64,000 nucleotides of DNA from Puniceicoccaceae bacterium (GTDB taxonomy: Bacteria; Verrucomicrobiota; Verrucomicrobiia; Opitutales; Oceanipulchritudinaceae). The position numbers were made by a program, and so were the translations under genes. The stretch spans positions 320,001-384,000 of the forward strand of contig JBFOMH010000005.1 in the NCBI GenBank assembly GCA_040830765.1. The letters are read 5' to 3'. The notes beneath the pieces were generated by a model. It searched no databases and was not told the DNA's origin. It saw nothing but the letters and a program-made list of their open reading frames with translations. Below are positions 1-9,916 of the stretch, in pieces (within the stretch, counting starts at the first letter, position 1; the number at the start of each line of letters is the position of its first letter).

Positions 1-450
1 ACCTGTCCGCGCCATTTGCTTGATTCCAAAAGGAGTGATCATTTCCAGGAAGCCATCGATTTTCCCTTGGCGGCCCGTCATTTCAATAATCATGCTCCGG
101 TGCGAGACATCGACGATGTTCGCCCGAAAAATTTCACAAATCTGCAGCAGCTCCGTGCGCTTGCTGCCATCGGCGGCCACCTTGACCAGGACCAGCTCCC
201 GCGCGGCGAACTGTCCCCGGGCCAAATCATCGACCTCAATGACGTCCACCAGCTTGTGCAGCTGCTTGATCGCCTGATCCAACTGCTGCGTATCCCCTTT
301 GACAGTGGCCGTGATGCGCGAGTAGCGGGAGTCGTGGGTCGGGGCAACATTCAATGTGTCGATGTTGAACCCCCGGCCGCTGAACATTCCTGCCACGCGG
401 GCCAGCACACCAAACTTGTTTTCCACAAGGACGGATAGCGTGTGTCGCAT
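1..450 (-). CDS. ilvH: Acetolactate synthase small (regulatory) subunit; 3' end runs off the window
   Basis: Not in the ORF track. Manual minus-strand translation from ATG at 450 gives MRHTLSVLVENKFGVLARVAGMFSGRGFNIDTLNV...RELVLVKV...EIFRANIVDV...EMTG, the ACT-domain IlvH/IlvN signature. Confidence 0.93.
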   Translation of the reverse strand, partial: MRHTLSVLVENKFGVLARVAGMFSGRGFNIDTLNVAPTHDSRYSRITATVKGDTQQLDQAIKQLHKLVDVIEVDDLARGQFAARELVLVKVAADGSKRTELLQICEIFRANIVDVSHRSMIIEMTGRQGKIDGFLEMITPFGIKQMARTG

Positions 451-575
451 TGTTTTGAATCCATATGCACAGGTCTCCTCCAAGCGGGCAAAGAAGGGGA
501 CTGCACTGTCGTTTTAAGCTAGAATTCAGGCCCGCTTAAAACCTTCACCAATCACCCCAAGGCCGCGCCTTGGCA

Positions 576-617
576 AGAAAATAAAAGAAAGCCCCGACCG
601 GTAACCGATCGGGGCTT
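576..617 (-). terminator. Intrinsic terminator-like hairpin with U-rich tract
   Basis: Minus strand AAGCCCCGATCGG-TTA-CCGGTCGGGGCTT followed by TCTTTTATTTTCTT. Confidence 0.7.
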
Positions 618-762
618 ATCTCACTCCTTGATATCCAAACAACCAATTAAGACTTACTACGACTATTGTATAAAATCTCTGTCAGTTAATTAAGACACAT
701 ATCCCCGGGGGATGTTCACTTTTTTCGTGCCTTTTTTCAGGAGCTCCTGCTAGCGTCCCGCA

Positions 763-1500
763 ATGGAAAATAAAACCCGCGTTGACGGCCGCCTTCCGGG
801 GCAACTGAGGCCGGTTGAATTTCAATTGGATTTTGCCCCGCATGCCAGCGGCTCCGTACTGGCTTGCTTCGGCGACACCCGCGTCATCTGCGCCGCCAGT
901 CTGGAAAAGGGCGTTCCGCGCTGGATGACCGCCCAGAACGTGGAGGGCGGCTGGATGTCAGCCGAATACAGCATGCTTCCCTATTCCACCCTCGACCGCA
1001 AAAAGCGGGACATCAGCCGCGGCAAGCAGGATGGCCGCTCGGTCGAGATTCAGCGCCTCATCGGCCGCAGCCTGCGGGCGGTGGCCGACCTCTCCAAGCT
1101 CCCGGGTCATACCCTTTGGCTGGACTGTGATGTCCTCCAGGCCGACGGCGGCACCCGAACCGCCTCCATAACCGGTGCCTGGCTGGCTGCGGAAATCGCC
1201 GTCAGGCGGGCCATCAAGGCCGGCGATTTGGAAACATCCCCCTTTGTCGACAGCGTGGCCGCCGTCAGCGTCGGCATCCTGGAAGAACAGATCCTCTGCG
1301 ACCTGTGCTATGTCGAGGACCGGGATGCCTCCGTGGACGCCAACATCGTCATGACGGGCAGTGGCCGGTTCGTCGAGGCCCAGGCATCGGGTGAGGAAGC
1401 AACCTTTTCTCATGAGCAACTGATGGAACTGCTCAAAATTGCCGACTCCGGCATTGCCGAATTGACCGCCCGGCAGCAGGCCATTCTCGAAACCATCTAG
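763..1500 (+). CDS. rph: Ribonuclease PH
   Basis: Motifs AEYSMLP, GRSVEIQRLIGRSLR, DCDVLQADGGTRTASITGA. Confidence 0.97.
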   Translation: MENKTRVDGRLPGQLRPVEFQLDFAPHASGSVLACFGDTRVICAASLEKGVPRWMTAQNVEGGWMSAEYSMLPYSTLDRKKRDISRGKQDGRSVEIQRLIGRSLRAVADLSKLPGHTLWLDCDVLQADGGTRTASITGAWLAAEIAVRRAIKAGDLETSPFVDSVAAVSVGILEEQILCDLCYVEDRDASVDANIVMTGSGRFVEAQASGEEATFSHEQLMELLKIADSGIAELTARQQAILETI

Positions 1501-1509
1501 TCGACGACC

Positions 1510-3546
1510 TCAGATCCGCCGTCCCATCTCGTGGTACTTGCTGATGGTCTCCCGCAGGGCGTGGATAGTCAGGGGCTTTGTCAGGTAGGAATTGACTCCC
1601 GCCCGCAGCGCCCGGTCACGGTCCTCCTCTTCGGAGCAAACGGTCACGGCGACAATAAAGGCTTCGCGGTTTCCTTCCCCGCAATCCCCGTTGCGGATGC
1701 GGCGGGTGGCTTCCAATCCATCCACTCCGGGCATCATGATATCCATCAGGATCATCTGGTAACTGCGCTCCTTGAGCTTATCCAGCAACTCATTCCCGTC
1801 ATTGACCACGTCACAGGCATAGCCGAGGAACTTCATCAGGCTGGCGTTCACCTGACGGCTGCTTTCCTCGTCATCGACAATGATGATGCTGGCCTCGGCT
1901 TCCTGTTCCTCGGTCGATTCCTCGCCTTCGTGCCGTTTGAGCGCCGGCCGCAAGTGTTCCGGGACCGGCGTGAAGGGAAGGGTCAACTCAACTGTCGTGC
2001 CTTTCCCGACCTCACTGGAAACCTTGATCTCGCCCCGCATTGCCGAAACCAGCTTCTGGGCGATGGCCAGACCAAGACCAGCTCCGGCATACTTGTCCGT
2101 GAATTCATTCTCATGCCGGGCAAACGGCTGGAACAACTTTTCCACTTCCTCTTCATCCATCCCGACACCCGTGTCGCGAACGATGAACTTCAGCATATGG
2201 ACCTTGGAACCGTTCATCCGGACTTCCTCGGTCTCCGCTTCCAACTCAACAAAGCCGGTATGGGTGAACTTGATCGAATTGGAAATCAGCGTCCCCAGGA
2301 CCTGCAGGATTCGCTGGCGGTCCTGATAGAATTCATTCTCTGACTTTACCTTGTCGCTGATCCGCAGGTCGATACCGCGCGACTTGGCGTCAAATGCATA
2401 TAGGTTGTCCATCTCGATGAGCAGGTCATGGACATCCATCGGCTCGGGTGAAAGGTGCAGCACACCTGCCTCGATCTTGGCATAATCCAGGACCTCATCG
2501 ATGAGCGTGAGAAGGTTTTTCCCCGCCTTGAGAATCATTTGAGCCATTTCCTTGGAATCCCCGTCCAGATTGGGATTGGAGGCCAACAGGTCGGCAAAGC
2601 CGATTACCGGATTCATCGGGGTACGGATTTCATGGCTGGCCAGGGAAAGGTAAGCTGACTTTTCCCGGTTTGCCCGGTCAGCCGCTGCCTTCTGCAGAAG
2701 TGCCTGCTCACGCAAGTGGTGCTCTTCCTCCAATGTCTGGCGCAGTTTCTCTTCCTGTGCCTTCAGGTCCTCGACATCAATGGCTGAGGCAATGAAGTCA
2801 TTCTGGCTCTCAGGCACCCCATCCATGGGCCGCCCCACCAGCCTCACCCAACGGTATCCGCCCATGAGGTAGCGCAGGCGGAATTCCATCGTCACTTCCT
2901 CGCGGTTTTCCATGGCGTAGCTGATCCGGTCGAGGACCATTTGCCGGTCGTCGGCATGGACCTGGCCCAGCCAGCCGGAACGGACCTGCTCCACCAATGT
3001 GCAGCCGGTAAAGTTCAACCAGGAGTCATTATAAAAGTACGGCACCATATCCTTCCCGGAAATCCAGACCATGGCAGGCGCCTTGCCTAACAGATCCTCC
3101 TGGAAATCCAGTGACTTGCGTCGCCGCTTGTCCAACTCCTCCCGATCGGTAATATCCCGGCATTGGGAAATGAGGCACTGCTGACCCGCCAGGCCAGGAT
3201 AGGTGTAGTGCCGGTAATCAGAAATGACGTGCCGACGCCCGGCCTCAGGATAATCAATTTGCCCCCTGAATTCGCTCGTTCCCTCCTTGCGGGCCCGCTC
3301 CAGCAAGACCCGGATTCGGTTCTCATAAAAGGTTTCCCCAATCACTTCCCGTAGCGGAACCCCCCGCATGGTCTCCGGACCAATCCCATAGAGGTCCGCG
3401 TAGGCGCGGTTCGCGAAGACAAAACAGTCATCCGCATCGATGATGCAAATCGGTTGGTCCAGCGAATGCAATACATGCAAAGCCAGTTCCTCCTTGCTTC
3501 CAGATGCGCTCAAGGAATGCCCTTCCTCTCGTTTCGGTGTGACCAT
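1510..3546 (-). CDS. Cytoplasmic hybrid sensor histidine kinase (2x PAS, HisKA, HATPase, receiver)
   Basis: SHEIRTPMN H-box, DTGVGM and GAGLGLAI G-boxes, C-terminal receiver (IVDDE, MDIMMP, KP); no TM helix. Confidence 0.93.
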   Translation of the reverse strand: MVTPKREEGHSLSASGSKEELALHVLHSLDQPICIIDADDCFVFANRAYADLYGIGPETMRGVPLREVIGETFYENRIRVLLERARKEGTSEFRGQIDYPEAGRRHVISDYRHYTYPGLAGQQCLISQCRDITDREELDKRRRKSLDFQEDLLGKAPAMVWISGKDMVPYFYNDSWLNFTGCTLVEQVRSGWLGQVHADDRQMVLDRISYAMENREEVTMEFRLRYLMGGYRWVRLVGRPMDGVPESQNDFIASAIDVEDLKAQEEKLRQTLEEEHHLREQALLQKAAADRANREKSAYLSLASHEIRTPMNPVIGFADLLASNPNLDGDSKEMAQMILKAGKNLLTLIDEVLDYAKIEAGVLHLSPEPMDVHDLLIEMDNLYAFDAKSRGIDLRISDKVKSENEFYQDRQRILQVLGTLISNSIKFTHTGFVELEAETEEVRMNGSKVHMLKFIVRDTGVGMDEEEVEKLFQPFARHENEFTDKYAGAGLGLAIAQKLVSAMRGEIKVSSEVGKGTTVELTLPFTPVPEHLRPALKRHEGEESTEEQEAEASIIIVDDEESSRQVNASLMKFLGYACDVVNDGNELLDKLKERSYQMILMDIMMPGVDGLEATRRIRNGDCGEGNREAFIVAVTVCSEEEDRDRALRAGVNSYLTKPLTIHALRETISKYHEMGRRI

Positions 3547-3843
3547 TTTGACAGCAGCTTGTTTCCTACAAAAAGCGAAGACACCTGCTTTTCGTAGTTT
3601 GTTCCATTCAGTCGATCAGACCTGTAAACGTCAAGTAAATAGTTCACCCTAGGCGGGTTAGGTATTTTACCCTATATTTTTTACATTAACCTCGTGTTTC
3701 CGCGCTCCAGACCACCCTTTTTGGGTATTTTTCACAGAATTGAGAGAGTGACAATTTGACCCTGGGACGCCGCGTATTTACCCATAAGAAAAGGGTTGTC
3801 AGTACCGCTCAGCGGGTATTGAACCACCATTGAAAGTTAATCC

Positions 3844-5040
3844 ATGAACATTCACGAGTTTCAAGCGAAGGAGCTGTTTGCCGACTACGGTATTCCGATT
3901 GCCCGCGGAGTGGCGGTCAAGTCAGCGGACGAATTTGCCAGCGCGCTCGAGCAACTACCTGAAGGTCAGGTAGTTGTGAAGGCACAAATCCACGCCGGAG
4001 GACGTGGCAAAGGGACCTTCACAGATGGTTTCAAGGGGGGCGTTCATGTCTGCCCGGATCATGCCAAGGCGCTCGAGGTGGCCGGCAACATGCTTGGCAA
4101 CACCCTGGTAACGCACCAGACGGGCCCCCAGGGCAAGGTTGTCAAGACGCTCTATTTCAACGAACCCTGCGACATCGAGAAGGAATACTACCTTGCCATG
4201 ACGCTTGACCGGGGAACCAGCCGACCGGTCATTATCGCCTCCACAGAGGGCGGGGTTGAGATTGAGAAAGTCGCTGAGGAGACACCGGAACGGATCACCA
4301 AGGTCTTCGTTGATCCTGCCCAGGGTCTGCAAAGCCACCACAAGCGGCAGGTCGCCTTTGGCCTCGGATTTACCTCCAAGGAGCAACTCAAGCAGATGGA
4401 CAAGCTGCTCACCGGCCTGTACCGGCTGTACTGGGAGAAGGACGCCAGCCTGGCCGAAATCAATCCGCTCATCACCACACCGGAAGGAGACATCATTGCT
4501 CTCGATGCCAAGGTTGGCTTTGATGAAAGTGCCCTCTACCGGCACCCGGACATTCTCGAGCTGAGGGATCTGGATGAAGAGGATCCCAAGGAGGTCGAGG
4601 CCGGCAAGCACGGACTGAGCTACATCGCCCTGGACGGGAACATTGCCTGCCTGGTCAATGGTGCCGGACTGGCGATGGCGACGATGGACATCATCAAGCA
4701 CTTCGGCGGCAACCCGGCCAACTTCCTTGATGTCGGTGGCGGGGCCAGCGAGGAGGCGGTCACCGAGGCCTTCAAGATCATCCTCAGTGACCCCAACGTG
4801 GAAGGTATTCTCGTCAATATCTTCGGGGGCATCATGAGCTGCGAAGTCATTGCCAAGGGGGTCATTGCGGCTGCCCGCAATGTCGAGATAACGGTTCCCC
4901 TGGTGGTTCGCCTGGAAGGCAATGAAGTCAACGAAGGCAAGCAGTTGCTGGCGGAAAGTGGTCTCGACCTGATATCCGCAGACAGCCTCAGTGATGCCGC
5001 CCAGAAAGTCGTGGCGGAAGTCAGTGCCCAAAAGCAGTAA
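3844..5040 (+). CDS. sucC: Succinyl-CoA synthetase beta subunit
   Basis: [40 protein letters not shown]. Confidence 0.98.
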   Translation: MNIHEFQAKELFADYGIPIARGVAVKSADEFASALEQLPEGQVVVKAQIHAGGRGKGTFTDGFKGGVHVCPDHAKALEVAGNMLGNTLVTHQTGPQGKVVKTLYFNEPCDIEKEYYLAMTLDRGTSRPVIIASTEGGVEIEKVAEETPERITKVFVDPAQGLQSHHKRQVAFGLGFTSKEQLKQMDKLLTGLYRLYWEKDASLAEINPLITTPEGDIIALDAKVGFDESALYRHPDILELRDLDEEDPKEVEAGKHGLSYIALDGNIACLVNGAGLAMATMDIIKHFGGNPANFLDVGGGASEEAVTEAFKIILSDPNVEGILVNIFGGIMSCEVIAKGVIAAARNVEITVPLVVRLEGNEVNEGKQLLAESGLDLISADSLSDAAQKVVAEVSAQKQ

Positions 5041-5060
5041 TCCCGAATTTCCTAAAAATC

Positions 5061-5939
5061 ATGTCAGTTTTAGTAGGTAAAGACACACGCGTCGTGGGCC
5101 AGGGTATCACCGGTACATTCGGCCGGCTGCATGCGCGCAAGAACATTGAATACGGCACCAATTACGTGGCGGCCGTTACACCCGGGAAAGGAGGCCAGTC
5201 GTTTGACGACAAGTTTCCGATCTTCAATACCGTTCGCGAAGCAGTGGAAAAGGAAGGTGCCAATACCAGCGTCATCTTCGTTCCCCCACCCTTTGCGGCA
5301 GACGGAATCCTCGAGGCCATTGATGCCGGCATCGAATTGATCATTTGCATCACGGAAGGCATACCTGTCCGGGACATGGCCATCGTCAAGGATGCCCTGG
5401 TCAAGGCTCCGAAGACACGCTTAATCGGGCCCAACTGTCCCGGAATCATGACGCCTGGCATCTGCAATATCGGAATCATGCCGGGCTACATTGCCAAGCC
5501 GGGGAAAATCGGCGTGGTCAGCCGTTCCGGCACCCTGACCTACGAGGCCATGTTCCAGGTCACGGAACGCGGTTATGGTCAGAGCACTTGCATCGGAATT
5601 GGCGGGGACCCCATCAACGGGACCAACCACACCGACGCCCTGCGCCTCTTCAATGAGGATCCGGAAACGGAAGCGATCATCATGATTGGTGAAATTGGCG
5701 GAACCGCTGAGGAAGAAGCTGCCGCCTACGCCAAGGCGAACATCAAGAAGCCGATCGCGGCCTTTATCGCTGGCACCACCGCTCCTCCGGGAAGACGGAT
5801 GGGCCATGCCGGGGCCATTGTCTCCGGTGGCAGCGGAACCGCCGAGGCCAAGATCGCCGCTCTCAAGGATGCCGGTATCGCCGTGGCCCCGACGCCCAGC
5901 GATATCGCGGAGGCCCTCTTCAGCGTCTATAACCCTTAG
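5061..5939 (+). CDS. sucD: Succinyl-CoA synthetase alpha subunit
   Basis: [23 protein letters not shown] (phospho-His). Confidence 0.98.
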   Translation: MSVLVGKDTRVVGQGITGTFGRLHARKNIEYGTNYVAAVTPGKGGQSFDDKFPIFNTVREAVEKEGANTSVIFVPPPFAADGILEAIDAGIELIICITEGIPVRDMAIVKDALVKAPKTRLIGPNCPGIMTPGICNIGIMPGYIAKPGKIGVVSRSGTLTYEAMFQVTERGYGQSTCIGIGGDPINGTNHTDALRLFNEDPETEAIIMIGEIGGTAEEEAAAYAKANIKKPIAAFIAGTTAPPGRRMGHAGAIVSGGSGTAEAKIAALKDAGIAVAPTPSDIAEALFSVYNP

Positions 5940-5944
5940 TCAAA

Positions 5945-5999
5945 GGACTACAGGCGTCCCGCCTGTAGTTATCGGCGACAGGCCAGAGGCCTGTAGTCC
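5945..5999. repeat. REP-like inverted doublet between convergent genes
   Basis: GGACTACAGGC (5945-5955) and GCCTGTAGTCC (5989-5999) are inverted; each half also forms its own ACAGGC..GCCTGT hairpin. Confidence 0.6.
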
Positions 6000-6005
6000 A
6001 TTGGC

Positions 6006-6308
6006 CTAGCCTTCTTTTTCCGGACTGACAATTTCCTCAATCTTGGCTGCAAGCTTGAGGTCCTTGTCCGTCAGCTTGTCTCCGGCATCGTGGGTGCAGA
6101 GACGAATCTCGAGGGAATTGTAGGCATTGGTGATTTCCGGATGGTGGTTGGCATCCTCCGCCTCGAAGCTTATCCGGACAATGGCGGCCACCGCTTCACG
6201 GAAGGAACCCAGTTGGTATCGTTTGACGAGCTGGTCGTTCTCAACGGACCAGCCGGGCAGGCCACTTAGGGCAACCTCAAGTTCGCTGTCGGAAATCAAA
6301 TGACTCAT
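6006..6308 (-). CDS. phhB: Pterin-4-alpha-carbinolamine dehydratase
   Basis: LPGW...AEDANHHPEI...THDAG..LTDKD motif; start moved to ATG 6308 (MSHLISD). Confidence 0.9.
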   Translation of the reverse strand: MSHLISDSELEVALSGLPGWSVENDQLVKRYQLGSFREAVAAIVRISFEAEDANHHPEITNAYNSLEIRLCTHDAGDKLTDKDLKLAAKIEEIVSPEKEG

Positions 6309-6410
6309 ATCTGAAGAAATGACAAAGAAAGGGCTGGCTGTCAATTTCGTGAAATTGAGAGCATTGGCCCTTGTCATTCGCGGCGGCATGGCTTTTCGTC
6401 CGTCCCCATA

Positions 6411-7334
6411 ATGCACTATGCGGTTACAGCCTTCTACAAGTTTGTCGATTTGGATGAGCTGCCAGACCTCAAGGCCAAGCTGACCGGCAAGGGTGAGGAA
6501 CTGAACATCATGGGAACCATCCTGCTGGCCCCGGAAGGCATCAACAGCACCATCGCGGCAGAGCCGCAACAGCTTGATGCCTTCATGGCGTTTCTGCGCT
6601 CACTGGAGCCCTTTGGCGACCTCGAGGAAAAGCGGTCCGAGGCATCCGCGGCGCCTTTCCTTCGCTTCAAGGTCCGCTTGAAGAAGGAAATTGTCACCAT
6701 TGGCATTCCGGAGGTGGATCCCCGCAGGGAAGTCGGGACCTATGTTGACGCCGGGGACTGGAACACCTTGATCGCGGATCCTGACACTATCCTCATCGAC
6801 ACCCGCAATGACTACGAAGTGGCCATCGGCAAGTTTGCCGGAGCGGTTGATCCCATGACACCCAGTTTCCGGGATTTCCCGGAATGGGCCCGCACTCACC
6901 TCGAGAAGAAACCGGACCAGAAGATCGCCATGTATTGCACCGGGGGCATCCGCTGTGAAAAGGCGACCTCCCTCCTCAAGCACATGGGTTATGACCATGT
7001 TTATCATTTGAAAGGAGGAATCCTCAAGTATCTCGAGACCATACCGGAAGAGGAATCCAAATGGGAGGGCAGCTGTTTCGTCTTTGACCAGCGCGTCGGC
7101 CTGGAGCACGGACTCGCCGAAAGTCCTTATGACCTGTGTCATGGCTGCCGCTACCCGTTGACACCTGGGGACCGGGAAGATCCCAGGTTTGAAGAAGGTG
7201 TCTCCTGTCCCCATTGTGCCGATACATTGGATGCCGACAAGAAAGCGCGCCTGCGCGAGCGTCAAAAGCAGGTACAGTTGGCCCGCTCACGGGGTGAGGT
7301 CCACATTGGTTCAAAAGCCCGCAAGGAACATTGA
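6411..7334 (+). CDS. trhO: Rhodanese-related tRNA uridine(34) hydroxylase (UPF0176)
   Basis: GTILLAPEGIN, KVRLKKEIVT, DTRNDYE, YCTGGIRCEK, CFVFDQR. Confidence 0.93.
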   Translation: MHYAVTAFYKFVDLDELPDLKAKLTGKGEELNIMGTILLAPEGINSTIAAEPQQLDAFMAFLRSLEPFGDLEEKRSEASAAPFLRFKVRLKKEIVTIGIPEVDPRREVGTYVDAGDWNTLIADPDTILIDTRNDYEVAIGKFAGAVDPMTPSFRDFPEWARTHLEKKPDQKIAMYCTGGIRCEKATSLLKHMGYDHVYHLKGGILKYLETIPEEESKWEGSCFVFDQRVGLEHGLAESPYDLCHGCRYPLTPGDREDPRFEEGVSCPHCADTLDADKKARLRERQKQVQLARSRGEVHIGSKARKEH

Positions 7335-7338
7335 GGCG

Positions 7339-7941
7339 ATGGCGCATCATAATCACAACCATGGCAACGGCACCGATGCCCAGCCGGAATTTCGCGGCAA
7401 GCGCCTCTTCCTGGCCATCGATTTACCTGAGTATGTCCGGGACAGTCTGGAGACCCTCTGCACGGAAAACCTGAAGGGCTTTCATTATGTTCCCAGGGAA
7501 CGGTTCCACCTCACCCTGAAGTTCATCGGTGACATCCCGGGACAATTCCAAAAGGATATCGAGGCGGCAATTGACCCCATCGAGGTGCACTCCTTCCTTC
7601 TCCCCATTGAGGGACTTGGCAGTTTCCCACCAAACGGACACCCGCATGCGGTCTGGGCAGGTGTTTCCAGTGCCCATCCTCGACTCTTTCAATTGCACAA
7701 GCGGATCGAGGACGCGCTCTTCTCAATCGGCATTGAGCCGGAAAAGCGCATTTATCATCCCCACATTACCATTGCCCGGGTCAATCATGCCGCTGATGAG
7801 ACCGTGAAGCAGTTCCTCAAACGCCACCCGGACTTTGGTGCAGCGCCGTTCAAGGTGGAGGAATTTCATCTTCTGCAGAGTGCCGTCATCGAGGGTCGCC
7901 GTGTCTACACACGGGAACGAACCTGGTCCCTGCTCCCTTAA
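7339..7941 (+). CDS. thpR: RNA 2',3'-cyclic phosphodiesterase (2H family)
   Basis: RLFLAI plus two HxT motifs (HLTLKFIG, PHITIAR); start at ATG 7339. Confidence 0.9.
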   Translation: MAHHNHNHGNGTDAQPEFRGKRLFLAIDLPEYVRDSLETLCTENLKGFHYVPRERFHLTLKFIGDIPGQFQKDIEAAIDPIEVHSFLLPIEGLGSFPPNGHPHAVWAGVSSAHPRLFQLHKRIEDALFSIGIEPEKRIYHPHITIARVNHAADETVKQFLKRHPDFGAAPFKVEEFHLLQSAVIEGRRVYTRERTWSLLP

Positions 7942-8843
7942 ACCTGCTTGAGTATGTCCCGGTATCCGGCCTGGAAGTCGGGAAAGGCCGGCTCCCATCC
8001 CAGGACCTCCCGGATTTTGCGGTTGCTGATGCGGCGGTTGGGCAATCCTTTCCCGGCTGACCGCCGAAGGGCCCGTGGGCCGGCTTGATTGGGGTCAAAG
8101 GGAATGGCCGGGATGGCCAAGGATTCCGCCAGCCAGTCGACAATGGCCTGCTTCCGGGCCGGTTCGTTGTCGACGACATTGAAAACGTCGGCACAGCCCG
8201 GTAATTCTGCCTCAGCCAGCTGCATCAGGGCATCAACGATATCGTAGAGGTAAATCAGGTTCAGCCAGGCCAGTCCATCCCCTGGAAGGCTCGTTGCCCC
8301 CTCGCGCAGGCGATTGAGGTACAGGTGGCGGCCAGGACCGTAGATACCCCCCAGACGCGCGACATAGCGTCGGGGAAAAGCTTCACTCTCAAGGATTTCC
8401 AGCTCTGCCTGACGCAGCACCCGGCCATTCTCAGAGAGTCGGTCCAGTCTGGGGACATCATCCTCCGAAATCCATTGGCCATCCGTTTGGGGATAGACGG
8501 AGGTGGCACTGCTGTAGACAAACCGGCCAACATCCACTTTGCTGGCCCAATTGCGGATGGAGCGATTGCCCTCAAGGTAGGAAAGCCGGTAGCCCTCAAT
8601 GCCACCGCCCGCCGAACTGACAAGGTTGATGGCAATATCCCATTCCCCACCCAGTTCGGCATGCCAGTCCGGTTCATGCAGGTCTGCAATGATTCGGCGC
8701 TCTTCCGGTACGGCGTCCACTGCCCCCAAGGCATCCGGATTGCGGGATTGAATCCAGACGGCATAGCCCGCCTCAACCGCTTTTTCCGCCAATGCCCGAC
8801 CGACATAGCCGCAACCGAATATCACCATCCGCTTCTCGCTCAT
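7938..8843 (-). CDS. NAD-dependent epimerase/dehydratase (atypical SDR)
   Basis: IFGCGYVG Rossmann motif, SSATSVY, RLGGIYGPGR. Confidence 0.88.
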   Translation of the reverse strand: MSEKRMVIFGCGYVGRALAEKAVEAGYAVWIQSRNPDALGAVDAVPEERRIIADLHEPDWHAELGGEWDIAINLVSSAGGGIEGYRLSYLEGNRSIRNWASKVDVGRFVYSSATSVYPQTDGQWISEDDVPRLDRLSENGRVLRQAELEILESEAFPRRYVARLGGIYGPGRHLYLNRLREGATSLPGDGLAWLNLIYLYDIVDALMQLAEAELPGCADVFNVVDNEPARKQAIVDWLAESLAIPAIPFDPNQAGPRALRRSAGKGLPNRRISNRKIREVLGWEPAFPDFQAGYRDILKQV

Positions 8844-8960
8844 ACGGTAAACTGATAGGCCAATACCTTCATGGCCACAAGCATTCAGGGAGGATTTGCC
8901 CGGCTAATGCATGAAGATGTGTTGACCCGGCCAAGGGCATCCAGTCAATAAAGAGTCACA

Positions 8961-9872
8961 ATGTCCGATGCTGCCCACATCAGGGAATACTTCACTGACC
9001 TCCAGGACCGCCTTATCGAGCGGCTGACCTTGTTGGATCCGGAGGCCCGGCAAGTCTCCGACTCGTGGGAGCGCCCAGGAGGAGGCGGTGGGCTGAGCCA
9101 CGTCTTCGAGGATGGGCAACTCATCGAAAAGGGCGGGATGAACTTTTCCCATGTCATGGGAACGTCCCTTCCGGCCTCGGCGACGAAGAACCGGCCGGAA
9201 CTGGCCGACCGGCCATTCGAGGCAATGGGGGTCTCGGTGGTCCTGCATCCGATGAATCCCTACGTTCCCTGCACCCACATGAATGTGCGCTATTTCAGCA
9301 CCGTTGATGCGGACGGGCAGCGCCCGGTCTGGTGGTTCGGGGGCGGCTTTGACCTGACCCCGGTCTATCCGTTCGAGGAGGACGTCGTTGCCTGGCACCA
9401 GGCTGCCAAGGCGGCCTGCGACCCGTTCGGGGAGGCGTACTACCCCCGGCTCAAGAAGGCCTGTGACGAATACTTCTTCCTTCCCCACCGTGATGAGGCC
9501 CGTGGGGTCGGTGGGCTATTCTTCGATGACTTCAACGAACTTGGTGAGGCCGATTCCTTTGCCTTTACCCGGTCCATTGGCGACGCCTTCCTCCCCGCAT
9601 GGGAAACCATTGCCCTCCAGAGGAAAGACACCATTTACGGGGAAAAGGAAAAGGCTTTTCAGTGCCTGCGGCGTGGTCGCTATGTCGAGTTCAACCTCGT
9701 CTATGACCGGGGCACCCTGTTTGGCCTCCAGTCAAGGGGCCGTACTGAAAGCATCCTCATGTCGCTCCCTCCCCATGTGGAGTGGAAATATAACTACCAG
9801 CCGGAACCGAATTCAGCCGAGGAGCGACTTGTGCGTGACTTTTTGAAACCACGCGATTGGCTCAAAAGCTAA
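8961..9872 (+). CDS. hemF: Oxygen-dependent coproporphyrinogen III oxidase
   Basis: [42 protein letters not shown]. Confidence 0.97.
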   Translation: MSDAAHIREYFTDLQDRLIERLTLLDPEARQVSDSWERPGGGGGLSHVFEDGQLIEKGGMNFSHVMGTSLPASATKNRPELADRPFEAMGVSVVLHPMNPYVPCTHMNVRYFSTVDADGQRPVWWFGGGFDLTPVYPFEEDVVAWHQAAKAACDPFGEAYYPRLKKACDEYFFLPHRDEARGVGGLFFDDFNELGEADSFAFTRSIGDAFLPAWETIALQRKDTIYGEKEKAFQCLRRGRYVEFNLVYDRGTLFGLQSRGRTESILMSLPPHVEWKYNYQPEPNSAEERLVRDFLKPRDWLKS

Positions 9873-9916
9873 AACTTCAACCTTCGCCCTTAGTCTTTAG
9901 TCCTTTGTCCAGAAAT

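Noticed and set aside
16..438. Plus-strand ORFs of 140 and 85 aa
   Set aside because: Antisense shadows of ilvH on the minus strand.
615..683. Minus-strand frame with Ile-Val-Val-Val-Ser-Leu before the terminator, like an ilv attenuator peptide
   Set aside because: The frame is preceded by an in-frame TGA and has no ATG/GTG/TTG before the Ile/Val run, so a leader peptide is not supported.
3630..3825. Recurring GGTA..TACC / TATTTACC words upstream of sucC (also near 11121 and 17044)
   Set aside because: Spacing is inconsistent and the words are short and AT-rich; no defensible binding site.
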